From Podarcis filfolensis (Eukaryota), in assembly GCA_964270895.1 (NCBI GenBank), contig OZ185435.1: 64,000 nt of DNA. One strand, written 5' to 3'. Positions within the stretch are counted from its first letter, which is position 1, and each line of letters begins with the position of its first letter. The position numbers and the translations under genes are program-made. Shown in pieces: positions 38,001-49,400 of the stretch. The notes beneath the pieces were generated by a model. That model did not search any database and was not told where the DNA came from. It saw nothing but the letters and a program-made list of their open reading frames with translations.

Positions 38001-41000
38001 GTTGGCTCTGCCATGGAAAAACCCAGCATGACATAATGTTCCTGTTCCAAGCTGTCCTTTCTGTGCCACAAGCACAGAACTGTTATGCCACCTCTGATCC
38101 TGAACATCAACAGGACTTCCATACAGGGCTATGTATTTTACAGGACCCAACCGATGGCCTGAGTTTGTGCATTGGTGTTTGTTTTGGATCATTTTTTATT
38201 ATTTCAGAAGAGAGAAGGACCAAGTCTGAGCACTGAAGCCTAAGGTCTTGGAAGCCTTGCTCTGAATTCTGCAATTTCACAAGCAGGTTCCCAATTTATC
38301 TCAGCACCAAAAGGGTTAGAGATGTTCTCTTTTTATGAGGGGGGGGGAAGTAAAAGAAAGAACCCCAAATGTCTCATCATGCAGCTAATCAAATACTAAG
38401 GTTGCATGCTACAATTAGACACAGAATGCAAAGATCATCCCCCTTCACAGAAGCTGGCTTGGTTCTCAACCTTATTTGAAAGAGCTGTTGAAGCAGCTAG
38501 CCTTTCATTAGGGGCCTACAAGTCAGGGCTGGATCTGGGACCTATGGGCAACAAATTCCAGAAGGGTGCCATTTTCCTACCTCCAATTTCTTGTCTTTGT
38601 GTCATTAAAAAAAACACTTCAGAACTGAACAGAAGGTCACCATATTGATTTTCACTTCAGGTGGAAAACCTGGGCTGGCTCTACAGTGAATATGGGATTC
38701 TGCCATAAAAGGGATGCTTTTGTAAACCTGCTGGTTCTTGGCCTATATAAGAAGCTAGAACACTTGCTGAAGACAAAGGTGACCAGTTAATAACAATCAT
38801 AGAATTGTAGAGTCGGAAGGGACCCTGAGGATCATCTAGTCGCCAGTATTATTATCCCTGCACTGTAGATGGTGGGGCTGAGGCCAAAAGAGAGTGGCTT
38901 CTCCAAAGCTACAAAATGAGTTCCCTGCTAAGGCAAGGGTCAAACCAAGGACTTTGCAGCTCAAGCCGTTAGCTACTACACTAATTCTTAGCATTCTGCA
39001 CCAAGCCTGGACATCTTATGTCCCACTAAGCTGAGTGTTCCCTGCGGACCACATCTATGGGCTGAGAGGTGCTCTCCACCATGTTTTTTTGTAGGTCCAT
39101 ATCCCATATAAGCAAGAAACTAGAAGATTGTGTGTGTTTCACAATCTGTGATTGGTGGTCTGTGTTTGCCCTGGTGGATCACAAGCTGTGCAGACCTGCA
39201 CAATGTCACAGTTTCACAGCTGAGGGCTCGTGGGTGGGTGGGAGGGAATCCAGCTTAGAAATACACAGTGTGGTTCCATTTTAGGACACTGCTAGACTCC
39301 CGTCTCCTTGGAATGGTTGCAAATATTTTCCTGGAGCGGCCTTGAATTCAGGCTCTTGCATAACCTTATCTATGTGATTCCCAGTCTGTTGGCAATTTCC
39401 TGTGACATTTTTAAGCATGGAAAAAAACACAAACCTTGTCCCTGCCACTTCCTAATTGCCAGCTCCTTGCACAATATCTAATTACGCTTGAAACGCAATC
39501 AGCCCAGCAAACTGCCAAGCTTGGGGTATGAGAACTCTGGCGCTAGGCACCCCAGTGCAAAGGGACACAGAAGTATCTCAGGGTTGGTGTTCCGGTGTTC
39601 CGGGGTGGGGAAATCTTGCTTTTCTGAGGCTATTATGCAAGGGATATTTTTTGCTGCCTTCCACGGGCCCCTGACGTTGCAATCTGCAAGGAACCGGCAG
39701 GAAGTGGCAAGTTGTGAAACTCCCTGACAAGTCACTTATTAATGCCCAGTTCTCCTACACAGGATCCTGAGCTGTCAAGAGCTGATTAGAGGAAGAAAGG
39801 GGGAAGGAGTAAGGACTGGGGAAAGCAGATCTGTGGGGACCCAAGCAAGGAAAGGCAATTGACCACTGTGGCATGCGTTTGACAGGCTTCCTTACATGGA
39901 GAATTGAGAGAGAGAGTTGATCAGGGAGGGAAGGAATCCCACAAGAAGGCATCCTGTGTGGGGCAGAGAGGCTCAGGCCAAAGGAGATGAAGGGGCGTTT
40001 CACAGCTGGCCCCTGCTCTCTACAGCAGTCGCAATGAGGAGGGACTGTGAAGCTCCAACATTCTGGCTTCACGCAGCCAGATTATTCCACTCTATATGAA
40101 CCCCACATTCCACTCACCCACCCACCCAGGAAGGCTACGAGTTGTGCAAGCACCCAGCCCAAGGAAGATGCTGGTAAAATGCCTCCAGCATACCTTTCTG
40201 GGGATGCCACATACTCAAGATCATGCCTTTGTATGCCTCTCCTGCATACAGGCAACCCAGAACTGTTTACAATAAGGTTACCAGATGTCCCCGTTTCAGA
40301 TTTACAAATCAGTCCCTTGACAAAATCCACTGAATTTGACTGAAGTTGAAACGTGTCCCTGGATTCACTGAAAAAAATCTGGTAACCTTAGTTCTGTAGC
40401 CACAGCTACCAGCACAGAGGTAGTTGCTTCTGCTTGGACATTTTAATACTGCTCCATAAGAGGTGTTAACATAGGAAGCTGCCTTAGACCAAATTAGACC
40501 ATTGGCCCACCTAGTTCAATATTATCTCTACGTGGTCTGGCAGTGCCTCTTCAGGGTGTCAGGCAGGGGACATTCCCAGTCCTGTCTGGAAACTCTGGGA
40601 ATCGAACCTGCAGGCGGAGCAGATGCAGTCTAGAACATAAGAAGAGCCTGCTGGATCAGGCCCAAGGCCCATTTAATCCAGCATCCTGTTCTCAGAGTGG
40701 CCAAACCAGATGCCTGCAGAAAGCCTGCAAACGGGGCACGACAGCAACAGCAGCTGAGGTTTCCAGCAACTGGTGTTCAGAAGGATTGAGGCAGAACATA
40801 GCCATCATGAGGATCTACAGGCCTTCCCCTACAAATGATGGCTTTAAAAAGAAGAAAAAAACCCATCCTTTTGACACTCTGTGACTTACACTGAATGCAA
40901 GTATGACAGAACAGCTAAGTGGGGTTCGTGTTTCAGGTTGAGACTGGCCCACTTTGAGCGGCAAAGGTGGGAAACACGAGTCCCTGATGCAGCAGGTAAA

Positions 41001-41567
41001 GAAATCCTACATATAAGAGTGGAAGACCGTCGTTTTCTTTTCCTATCCCACTCCTGCTACTGCTTCACCCCAGGGAGCTCCCTCTACTGGGAAGAAGAGA
41101 CTAGAGACACGGGGAAATCTGTTGCCTGATCTTTGGCGCTTGGGCCCCCTTCTCTGCGCAATACCGCCCCCCACCCCGCGCAAGCCAGTCCTCCTTCCGA
41201 CAGCGCCCCTGCAGGGAGGTGCGAGAACAAACGGCCAGATCCTTCGGGGCCAAAATGGTGCAAGGTGCAGTCGCTTGCACAGCTCAGCATACGGCTTGCA
41301 ATGGGAGAGAGAGGTGGCGAGAACGGGGCACACGATGGCGCAGCCGTCGAAACAGCACCCCCCGCCAGCCCCAGAAAGGGGATGATGGATCGCAGCCGTG
41401 CCTAAAAGAAGAGCCGCTGCTGTGTGGGTCCCGTCGGGGGATCAGGGTGGGGTTCTCTTGGGGCGGCTTGAGGCTGGGCTAGAAGCGGCGTGCGAGCTCA
41501 CCTTGCTGCCGGTGGGTGTAGAGTGGCCGCTCTCCGACGGGGAGCGACAGACGGTCACCAGCGCCAT
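21542..41567 (-). CDS. SSH3: Slingshot protein phosphatase 3, 14 coding exons, 767 aa
   Basis: Exons: 41567-41502, 36581-36544, 34211-34022, 31513-31395, 30182-30111, 27229-27164, 26940-26746, 26044-25951, 25676-25548, 24774-24728, 24431-24285, 23521-23321, 22704-22269, 22045-21542. Total 2304 nt, open, all GT-AG. Start [37 protein letters not shown]-like region, catalytic [24 protein letters not shown] and terminal VRQASV. The paralog is assigned as SSH3 from the C-terminus and its position next to ANKRD13D. Confidence 0.95.
23935..23980. repeat. (TAT)n microsatellite
   Basis: About 15 perfect TAT units. Confidence 0.95.
26283..26430 (-). mobile_element. MIR/CORE-like squamate SINE
   Basis: ttttatcctcacaag...gtgaggtaggttaggct...atcaccctgtgaactcaatggctg...aacctgggtctc. 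Related fragments near 38840-38990 and 61310-61380. Confidence 0.6.
28076..28208. mobile_element. Probable Harbinger-like MITE
   Basis: Imperfect TIR GGGCATAGCCAAGG / CCTGGCTAAACCC with G- and C-runs inside. Confidence 0.5.
28285..28420. mobile_element. Short hAT-like palindromic MITE
   Basis: TIR CAGTGTTTCCCAAA / TTTGGGAAACACTA; internal GACTACAACTCCCATC / GATGGGAACTGTAGTC. Confidence 0.8.
29015..29050. repeat. (CAT)n microsatellite
   Basis: Perfect CAT run; a second interrupted run at about 29254-29295. Confidence 0.95.
29050..29240. mobile_element. Truncated Penelope-like element end with an inverted repeat
   Basis: TCCTTCCAGTAGCACCTTAGAGACCA (29108-29133) is inverted at 29212-29237 with one mismatch. 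Family assignment is from recall of reptile Penelope termini. Confidence 0.55.
29295..29410 (-). mobile_element. 3' tail fragment of a squamate L2/SINE-type repeat
   Basis: atttataccccgcccatccggctgggtttcccc...aaacattaaaaacttccctaaaca abuts a (CAT)n/TTTA tail. Confidence 0.55.
30237..30484. mobile_element. hAT-family MITE with a perfect 8-bp TSD
   Basis: Imperfect TIR CATGGGTAGGCAAACT / AGTTTGCTGACCCCTG; TTATAGTC duplicated at 30229-30236 and 30485-30492. Confidence 0.92.
31055..31245. repeat. Tandem pair of about 80-bp palindromic squamate repeats
   Basis: Two copies of the tcagaagtaag...ttcaatgggacttact motif; a third copy at about 18075-18185. Confidence 0.6.
34303..34488 (-). mobile_element. 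tRNA-derived squamate SINE (same family as 56980-57192)
   Basis: Shared motifs aagctgcctta...cctacctggagacgcctgggactgaacctgagaccttctg...ccactgaactac. Confidence 0.7.
35545..36100 (+). mobile_element. L2 LINE 3' fragment
   Basis: Degenerate [19 protein letters not shown]...LQLVQNAA...[11 protein letters not shown]...FKVLLLTY, typical of the L2 ORF2 end. Confidence 0.8.
40468..40800. mobile_element. SINE copy followed by a LINE 3' fragment
   Basis: aacataggaagctgcc...ggaatcgaacctgc followed by aacataagaagagcctgctggatcaggcc...ccagcatcctgttctc. Confidence 0.65.
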
Positions 41568-42000
41568 GCGCGGCTTGCTGCGCCCTTCCTCCGCTCGCAG
41601 CGCGTGGGGAGCCGACGGGGAAAGATCGTGCCACTCGGCGCCGCTGCCGCCGCTGCAGACAGCCTCCAGGGGGCGGGCGTGCCCAGCCTTCCGCGCACTC
41701 CCTGGGTCACGCCAGGGTGGGACCTGCCGGCCGTAAACTTTCTTCTCCTGCTCCCGGCCGCCTTAACCAGGAAGCTCAAGGATGCTGCGCGGCGGAATCG
41801 CGCACGTCCTTGGCGGGAGGCTCTTAAAGGAACCAGCCCCAAGACGCGGGAGGGTTTTCCCCAGCCAGGAGCGGAGGTGGGAGGAGCGTCGGGCTGCTCA
41901 GGGCTCGCTTCCCCAAGCCGCAGTGGCACCCTTCCATCACAGGGACCAAGGCTCAGCCCCGGCACCTATTCTGAGTGCTGCTAGGCTTGCGTATGGTGGG
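41100..42000 (-). promoter_or_regulatory. CpG island / SSH3 promoter
   Basis: CpG-dense region spanning SSH3 exon 1, GC box GGGGCGGG near 41669-41677; GC-rich flank continues to about 42700. Confidence 0.8.
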
Positions 42001-42959
42001 AAGCGGGGTAACAAGCGCCTCTGAGCAGAGGTGCCAACTTGAATGAAATATGGGGGGTAAGCCCCGACCCACATAATCGATCACATGGCACGCACAGTAT
42101 TTGAATGGCAAAGCCCATCAACTTCTTTTTTTGGGAGGGGGCCGCTCAAATATTTTATAAAGGGGGGCGGTGAAGGGACCACAGCGGCCCCTAGGAGTTG
42201 GCTCTTATGCTTCTGAGGATGTGCAGAGGTTGCTGCAGCTGCTGTGAGTGTTGGTGCAGCCGTGTGAAACGGAGGAGGCTCTCTTCCCGTTGTGGCCTGA
42301 ACATTAGGGAGGGCGGCGGGCACCGTGTTTGTTCGTTTGTTTTCATGCATGCAGAGTTAAAATCTCAGCTAACACCAGAGTCGGAGCTTAAAATGGAAAC
42401 CTAACGCCTTGCCGCTGCTGCCAGCCCCCCCCCCCCGCATATTACTACAATGACTCAGCAGGTGGTCGAGCGAAAAGCCGAACATCAGAGGCTGGAGAAG
42501 CAGCAAAGCGCCCCCCCCCCATCAGGCACGACGGCCGCATGGAGCCCACTGCCACCCCCGCTGCATATCGGGATCCAAAAAGCAGCCTTCCTAATCCATA
42601 GCACAGCTACCCACAAGCGCCGCCCTGCAAACATCGCCAGCTGCTGATACCGCCGGGCCAGGCTATCGAAGGTAAAAGTAAAATCTGTTCAGAACTCAGC
42701 AGTGCTGAAATTCTAAATGCTTCGGATATTGCGGAAGGCTGCCAGCAGACGACCTAGATAGACACCCAGCTCTTCCCCCTAAAAGCTCAAATTGCTAACC
42801 AGTTCTCATTGGAAGCAGTTTTGATCCAAAGCATTTCAAGCAACTAGCCATTTGTAAGGGGAATGCTTTAAAAAAAATAATCAAGGAAATGATCATATAT
42901 TTTAAAACATTAAAGTGCAAGTTGCATAGTGCACACTAGTTTCCACAGTTAAACCTCCA

Positions 42960-43074
42960 AGAACCATAGAATTGGAAGGGGCCACAAGGGTCATCTAGTC
43001 CAACCCCCTGCAATGCAGGAATCTTCTGCCCACACCCTTGAGATGAAGAGTCTCATGCTCTACCGACTGAGAGA
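42960..43074 (-). mobile_element. Short SINE with a tRNA-Lys-like head and CR1-like tail
   Basis: The minus strand begins ctcagtcggtagagcatgagactcttcatctcaagggtgtggg (tRNA-Lys-like 5' half) and ends gggttggactagatgacc...cccttccaattct. The same tail occurs at about 5395-5466, 38797-38840, 49295-49352 and 63945-64000. Confidence 0.75.
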
Positions 43075-43554
43075 TTTGTTAAGTGTAGAAGACATAGCAG
43101 GAACTGCAGCTAATTCCTGGGGCTTTTTTTTTGTTGATGCTTAATGTAAGCTGCTTCGTGAACATAATGGAATTGTTTGCTTTGCATTTGACCTTTAAAC
43201 ACACAGAACCAATGAAAGGGCGGACAACCACTTCACTTTCCTACCTGCCCAAGGCCCAGCAGGTGGAAAGGAGTGTGGGCAGGTGGGTCAGCGGTGTGAA
43301 AGGCAGCAGCATCTCTTGTTGCTTTGGAGCTTTGGAAAGGAGTAGGCAGGATTTCCAGGTTCACTGCAGGCAGCCTTAATCTCGGCACACTCAGCCTACC
43401 CACCCCCTCGATTCCCCAAGCCAGCCAGCCAGCCAGCCCCAGGCACACAGTTACAATACAGCCTATATGACACAGTGCTGCAGTTTGGACCCAAAATAAC
43501 TGCAGGCCGTTATGAAGCTGTTTTATAGCAAATCGGGCTATTGGCACGTCTAGG

Positions 43555-43708
43555 TCAGTTGTATGGCTTGCACTCTATGGCAGCACCTCCTTAAGGGTTT
43601 CAGATTGGGAAGCCATTTCCCAGCCCCAGCTGGAGACACCAGGGGTTGAACCCGGGATCTTTGGTTGCAGAGCATGTGCTGCACTACCACTGGGTACAGC
43701 TCTTCCCC
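43555..43708 (-). mobile_element. tRNA-derived squamate SINE
   Basis: ggagacaccaggggttgaacccgggatc...ctaccactgggtacagc, the reverse complement of a tRNA-like head. Confidence 0.65.
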
Positions 43709-44062
43709 CAAAATGCAGCTGGTTAAGGCAGAGCAGCTCTCGGGAGCCCCTTGCACACCTTCCGAACTGGCAGGGGAGACTTGGCAACTGAAACCAGCCA
43801 AAGCAATTTTAACAGTACCATTGCCACCTGCTCTGTTTAAGGTCACTGTGCTATCACGTGGCAGCCATGGTTCTTCAGTGTACAATCATCGTGCCTGGCT
43901 TCCTAAATTGCACCATGCAGAAGATTGAGCAAGGTGGGTGCGGGGGAGGGAGAGAGAGAGAGAGATAGAGACAAATTGCAGTTCTATGTATGCACACTAG
44001 ATGGGGATATGCATTGTGTCAGGCAAGGCCAACAGGGATTTATACAAAGCGCAGTGTATGTA

Positions 44063-44321
44063 CCGTATTTTTCGCTCTATAAGACGCACCAGACCACAAG
44101 ACGCACCTAGTTTTTGGAGGAGGAAAACAAGAAAAAAAATATTCTGAATCTCAGAAGCCAGAACAGCAAGAGGGATTGCTGCGCAGTGAAAGCAGTAATC
44201 CCTCTTGCTGTTCTGGCTTCTGGGATAGCTGCGCAGCCTGCATTCGCTCCATAAGACGCACACACATTTCCCCTTACTTTTTAGGAGGGAAAAAGTGAGT
44301 CTTATAGAGCAAAAAATATGG
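44063..44321. mobile_element. Tc1/mariner-type MITE with a long internal hairpin
   Basis: TIR CCGTATTTTTCGCTCTATAAGAC / GTCTTATAGAGCAAAAAATATGG, TA flanks; internal inverted repeat AGAAGCCAGAACAGCAAGAGGGATT / AATCCCTCTTGCTGTTCTGGCTTCT. Confidence 0.9.
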
Positions 44322-44949
44322 TATATATTTGCACTTGGGCAGTCCAAAACTATGATGCTATGTTGGCTGAGCAGACATATAATTTCAGTGGCTCAGAGAA
44401 CAAATCCACTGGTTTCTTTGAGGCAAGATGGAAGCTGCCGGTTTGATTAAAGTTAAGAAAGGACATGTAGGGACAAGGAGTGGCAGAGATGTGTTGACGA
44501 AGAGCAATGGGGAAGAGTATTGGTGCAAAATGATGCACATGGTCTAGATGGTGCAAGGGCTGTGTACTATTGGCAGCAAGGGAGGAAGCAAAGGTGGAGG
44601 GTAGAGGATTGCTAGACTCTGCCAAGGAACTAAGCTAGTTGTTGCTTTACTGTCACTGGGGCATTGGACTAACAGGGCAATGAGGGCAAAGGAAGTGTGT
44701 AGATTTCACTTAATGATTTAAACTGAACACTTTCTGAGTACAGTTGTAAGAAAAAGGATGGTACTACTCTACGACTTCAAGATTGTATTATCCTCCCTCC
44801 CTCTCTCACCCCCCACCTGCCCTCTCTGCTATTGCTTCCACCAAATTGGGAATTAATAGCAATGTAGCCTGTTGAAGAACTTAAAGCAGCTTGTAAACCT
44901 TATCGTTTACCAAAATGGACACAGACTATCACCAACATATGGAGTCCCA

Positions 44950-45470
44950 TTAGTGTATTGAGGGAGCAAAGTTTGCTCATGATACTAAATTGTTCTGGGT
45001 TGTCAAAACAAAAGAAGGGATTGCAAGGAGTTCCAAAAGAATTCCTCCAAACTGGGTGAACTTAAAATAGCAAACACAATTCAAAGTAAGTAAAATAAAT
45101 CCTCATTTGACATATATAGTAATGGGGTCTGAACTGGCAGTGACTGACCAGGGCTGCACACACACTATATACCTTTAAAGGACATTCAAAGCACATTCCC
45201 CCTCAAAAGTATTCTGGGTACTGTAGTTCACCTCTCAGAAGGTTATGGTTCCCAGTCACATTGAACAAACTACAGTGCCCAGAATTCTGGGGACAATATG
45301 TTCTGAACGTGCTTTAAGGGTGCAGTTTGTATGCAGCCTAGGAAAGACCTTGTGGTCATAGTGGATATCTTGGTGAAAATGATGTCAACAGTTCATGTGG
45401 CAGCTGTGAAAAAGGCGAATCCCATGCTAGGGATCATTAGGAATGAAATAATGCTGGTATAATGTTTTTA
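44950..45470 (+). mobile_element. CR1 LINE reverse-transcriptase fragment, interrupted by a nested element
   Basis: Degenerate KFAHDTKLF..VVKT...MGSELAVTDQ | ERDL.VIVD...AAVKKAN.MLGIIR, typical of the CR1 RT C-terminal part. Confidence 0.8.
45152..45338. mobile_element. Foldback MITE nested in the CR1 fragment (Harbinger-like)
   Basis: TIR GGCTGCA / TGCAGCC; 3-bp flanks CAG and TAG; internal ttctgggtactgtagtt / aactacagtgcccagaa. Confidence 0.7.
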
Positions 45471-45664
45471 TGGTTCAAACTATCAGGGTTTTTTGTGAGT
45501 ATACTAATTAGCATGTTTCCTAATTTTCATAAGGAGAGCCGCAGAAATCCTAGCAGGTTCTGGAGCCAAGTTTTATGTTTACTGTATGTCACAGCCATGC
45601 AACCCGAGACCAAGATGGAAGAAAACGGAAGAACGTCACAGCAGAGCGATGCTGGTTTCTTAGT

Positions 45665-45670
45665 TTTATT
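45665..45670 (-). terminator. Likely ANKRD13D polyadenylation signal AATAAA
   Basis: TTTATT on + at 45665-45670, about 800 nt past the stop codon. Confidence 0.6.
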
Positions 45671-46466
45671 TAGTAGTTCCTGCTGCCCAGAGCCCCCTGT
45701 GCCTGGTTCCCAGACGACAGGAGAAAGCCGCTCAGGAGTGGGCACAGCTGTTCCCTTTAGACCCACTGGGTTCAGTTTCTTAAAAAAAAAAAATAACCAC
45801 ATACCTCCCACTCCGCTTCTTGTATATATCTTCAGAGATATAAATAAAATAAATTAAAAATAAGGGGGGCAGGGAGAGCAGCAGCTCGCAATGAGGAGGA
45901 AAATAAATCGCGGGACTGAAAATTATTCACCACACGGCAGCCTGGTTTCAGGTCTCACCGCAAAACATCAGCGCATCAAGCTCCAGGCTTCCCCACCGCC
46001 TTCTATTGCCACTTCCCCAACTTGGTCCCGTCCTCAACAGGCCCAAACCCTTGCAAGGAAAGAGAAAGCAGCACATTCACCACCAGTCTCAGAAAAATCT
46101 CATGCCGAGATGATAAAAATTTCCTCAACGTCTCTCCCCCCCCCCCCCGCCCCACATCCCGTCTCCTTATTTGTTGCTGCTCCTCTTCTCCAACCTGCCT
46201 CTCTGTGCTGTAGAAAACATTTCCTCAGTGAAGGTTGAGGATATAAAGCAAATTTTTAAAAAAATCTTACAGGAAATAATACCAGAGGATGGAACCGAGT
46301 GAGTCCCAGGAAATGCTGAAGGTGCTGTCTTCTCACATCCAGCCTGACCCTCAACTGGGAAGGGGCAAAGCATGAAACCCACCCCACCCCACCCCAGAGG
46401 TTAAAAATACAATGACGGCAAGGACAGCTAGGCTGGGCGGTGTGAGGCTTGAGGGAGGCTGGGACG

Positions 46467-49400
46467 CTACTTCTCCGTCAGAGAGAGCTGGAGGATGCGC
46501 TGCAGCTCCTCGTCCTCCTCGCGGCGTTGGCGCTCCCTCTCCTCCTGCTCCCTCGAAGACAGCTCCATGGCCAAGCGCAGCTGCTCGTCAAAGCTGGGGT
46601 AGGGCGGGGGCAAGGCCGAGGAGCCACCCCCATTGGTGCTGAGAGGTGGGCTGCTCTCGGGAGGAGGAGCGCCTCCGTTGCCACCTCCAGACTCCACTGG
46701 GCTCAGGCCTGGCCCCGCCTGAAGGAACATGCTCTCCTGGATAGCCCTGAGAGGACACAGAACGAGAAGGAGGCATCAGCAAACAGGGCAGCAAGATATG
46801 GCTACTTGGTCATGCTTCTCAGGCCTGGTTCAGGCAAGCTTGCTCAAGCTGCTCTCAGATATGTCCCAACACCCTCAAGCCCAGTCTGGGCTTCCTCCGT
46901 TCCCACACAACTGCCCAGAGCCTGCTGGATGCTAGTAAAAAATAAAGAAATGGGCTGGCCTTTGGCTCAGTCTGGTTCCCAGCGTGCCTGATAGCTTTCT
47001 GGTGCTCTCTGCATCAATACAGTTCACAGGTTAAAAACAGTGCTTTTTGTGTAGTTGTAATACACCTATTTTCACACTGAGGGTGCTTCAAAGCGGCCTG
47101 TTTACTGAACATCCATGCCCATTTGTTAGCCAACCTTGTCTAATCTCCCTGCTGTCTAAAGGTCTGCAAGGAGGCTAGATGATGTTATCTCAAAGCAAGT
47201 GTTATCTCACACTTTCCAGGGCATTTCCACATCATTTTCCATTATCTTACATCAGAGATAACCTGACAGCTGGTTTGCCCAAAATGGCCTGGAAGGCTTA
47301 ATTCATGGCCAAATTCAAAGCCCTGGTGGGCCTAATTAGGCCTTTGGGCCACTGTGGCTTTAGCTGGTGGGGATACTCAACCCTCCAAAGTTGACCTTAC
47401 TTCATGGAAAGGCTCATCTTGTGATTAGGGGACTCTTCAGGCCCCAAGCCCCACACTTCAAATTGCTCTCAGAAATGAACCAGGGGCCAGTACAGTTGTT
47501 TAAATGTTGGTGATACGTTTGAAACACCTGGTCCCATTTCACAGTCTAGTAGTTGTATTTTGCATTAATTACAGTTTCTGGGCAGTTTTCAAAGGTACTC
47601 CCATGTAGAATTTATTTCAGTAACCAAGCCTTGAAGGTACCAGGGAATGGAAACCCAAAGTATAGGCTACCCCCTTGCCCAGGGCAGAGCCACAAGCTGG
47701 TGCACTTGTCTCAAGGTGCTCTGTCCCACTTGGGCCTCTAGTGAGAAAGTGGGGTGTAGAAGCCCCCTAAACCGTATTCTTCAGAGTATAATCCTATGCA
47801 GAACAAACTGAATAGCATTCTCTGGACATAGGCATTACCCATCAACAACTTTTCCATCTTATCTGGATTGGATAAACAGCAGTCATCTAGCCTTTGAAAG
47901 GCTTGTGTTTTTTCTTTCTGTTGTCCCCAGATTGTTGCGTTGCATCACAACTGTGGGTGGGTTCCCTGCTGGGCAGCAACTCAGGAAATGTAGGAGAAAG
48001 GGGGAGAGGCTACTGCTTGTAGTGAAGAAAACGCCTCACTGCCTGCACAGGCCACACCATGACCCAGGGGTTCCCCCCCCTGTTTGTTCCCTGGTTTTCA
48101 CTCCTTGTGCATTTCTATGCCCTACAAGAAGCCTAAAGGATCTCCCGTGATGCAGTCTATGTGTGCTCTTACCTACACTGCTATACTCTACATCTCAGCA
48201 AAGGGCTTGCACCAGTTCTGGATCAGTGCAGGGAATGTTCACACCAATTCTCTCAAAACAGCTGTCGTTTACTGCAGAGATTACTGCCAGGGCAATTTTG
48301 CATGAGTAGTCTGTTTCAGTGATGAGAATAAAGCATCTTGTGGTACTGTAAAGACTGTGGCCATTTTGCATCATGAACTTTTTGAGGGCTAAAGCCCATT
48401 TTGTTAGATGGAGTGGCTGCCAAAGTGGGAACCTACCCACAAAGTAGAGAGTGAACCTTTCTTTCCACAAGGTGAGGCCAACCTCCCCACCACAAGCAAT
48501 ACAAAAGATAGCAGCAGGTTTGCCACAACACTAGCCAGAGCACAAATAAAACTACATTCATTTGATTGTATCTGGTGGACCCACTCAGAGCAGGTGTGAC
48601 TCTCAACAAGGATCTGCTGGGGTGACTAGGCATAGCAAGCTGAATCAGGTAAATAAAGATCAAAAGAAAGACAAATATGTTAGTTAACTAGCCACTCCTG
48701 GTCTTCATCAAGTCCAAGTTTCACTGCAGCAAACTTGGTAATGAATTTCAGCTAATGGCTGAAGTGATCTGAAAGCACCTAAGGCCACCTCTTTGCTGAA
48801 GGTGTGAGCCTGGTCAGTGCCTGGGAGACCGCCTGGGAACCATCTGTATGCTGGAAGAAAGGTGGGATATAAATGTAAGAAAAATTAAATAACACCCCCC
48901 CGGCCCGGTCTCACACAAGAATTGCCATTTGAAACTTTGCAGTCTGCTTGTACTTTTAAGGAGGGGACCTCAAGGTCTGTTTCAATAAGTTCTGGGAGAC
49001 TGAAATGCTCCTCTTGCCTTGGCTTCTGTGACTATTTTCATGTCTGATTTGTGCCTGTTTATTCCTTCATGTCACAACTGAGCAGTCTGACCCATGTAAA
49101 CAACGGCATTGTCAGTAGATGACAGCGTACGTCACATGAGAAGATGCACAGGCCAACGAACCCTTAATAGAATGGCTGATGTTATTTGGTCCTGAGATAG
49201 CGTTTGAGTAGACACAGGGGCTGTCTGCACTGCCTGAATCGTAGTAAACTAAACTGCAGTGTTGACAACACAGAAGAAACAAACTAAATTCCTGCATTGC
49301 AGGGGGTTGGACTAGATGACTCATGTGGTCCCTTCCAACCCCACAATTCTAAAATTCTGTTATCTCAGAAATTCTGTTATTTCTACTGGGAGTAAATTCC

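Noticed and set aside
41043-42024. Cluster of 68-164 aa ORFs
   Set aside because: CpG-island shadow ORFs around the 22-codon SSH3 exon 1, with no recognisable domain.
43030-43074. tRNA-Lys-like sequence and other tRNA-like heads (near 20-60, 23762-23790, 57120-57185)
   Set aside because: Incomplete cloverleaves fused to LINE-like tails: SINE heads, not tRNA genes.
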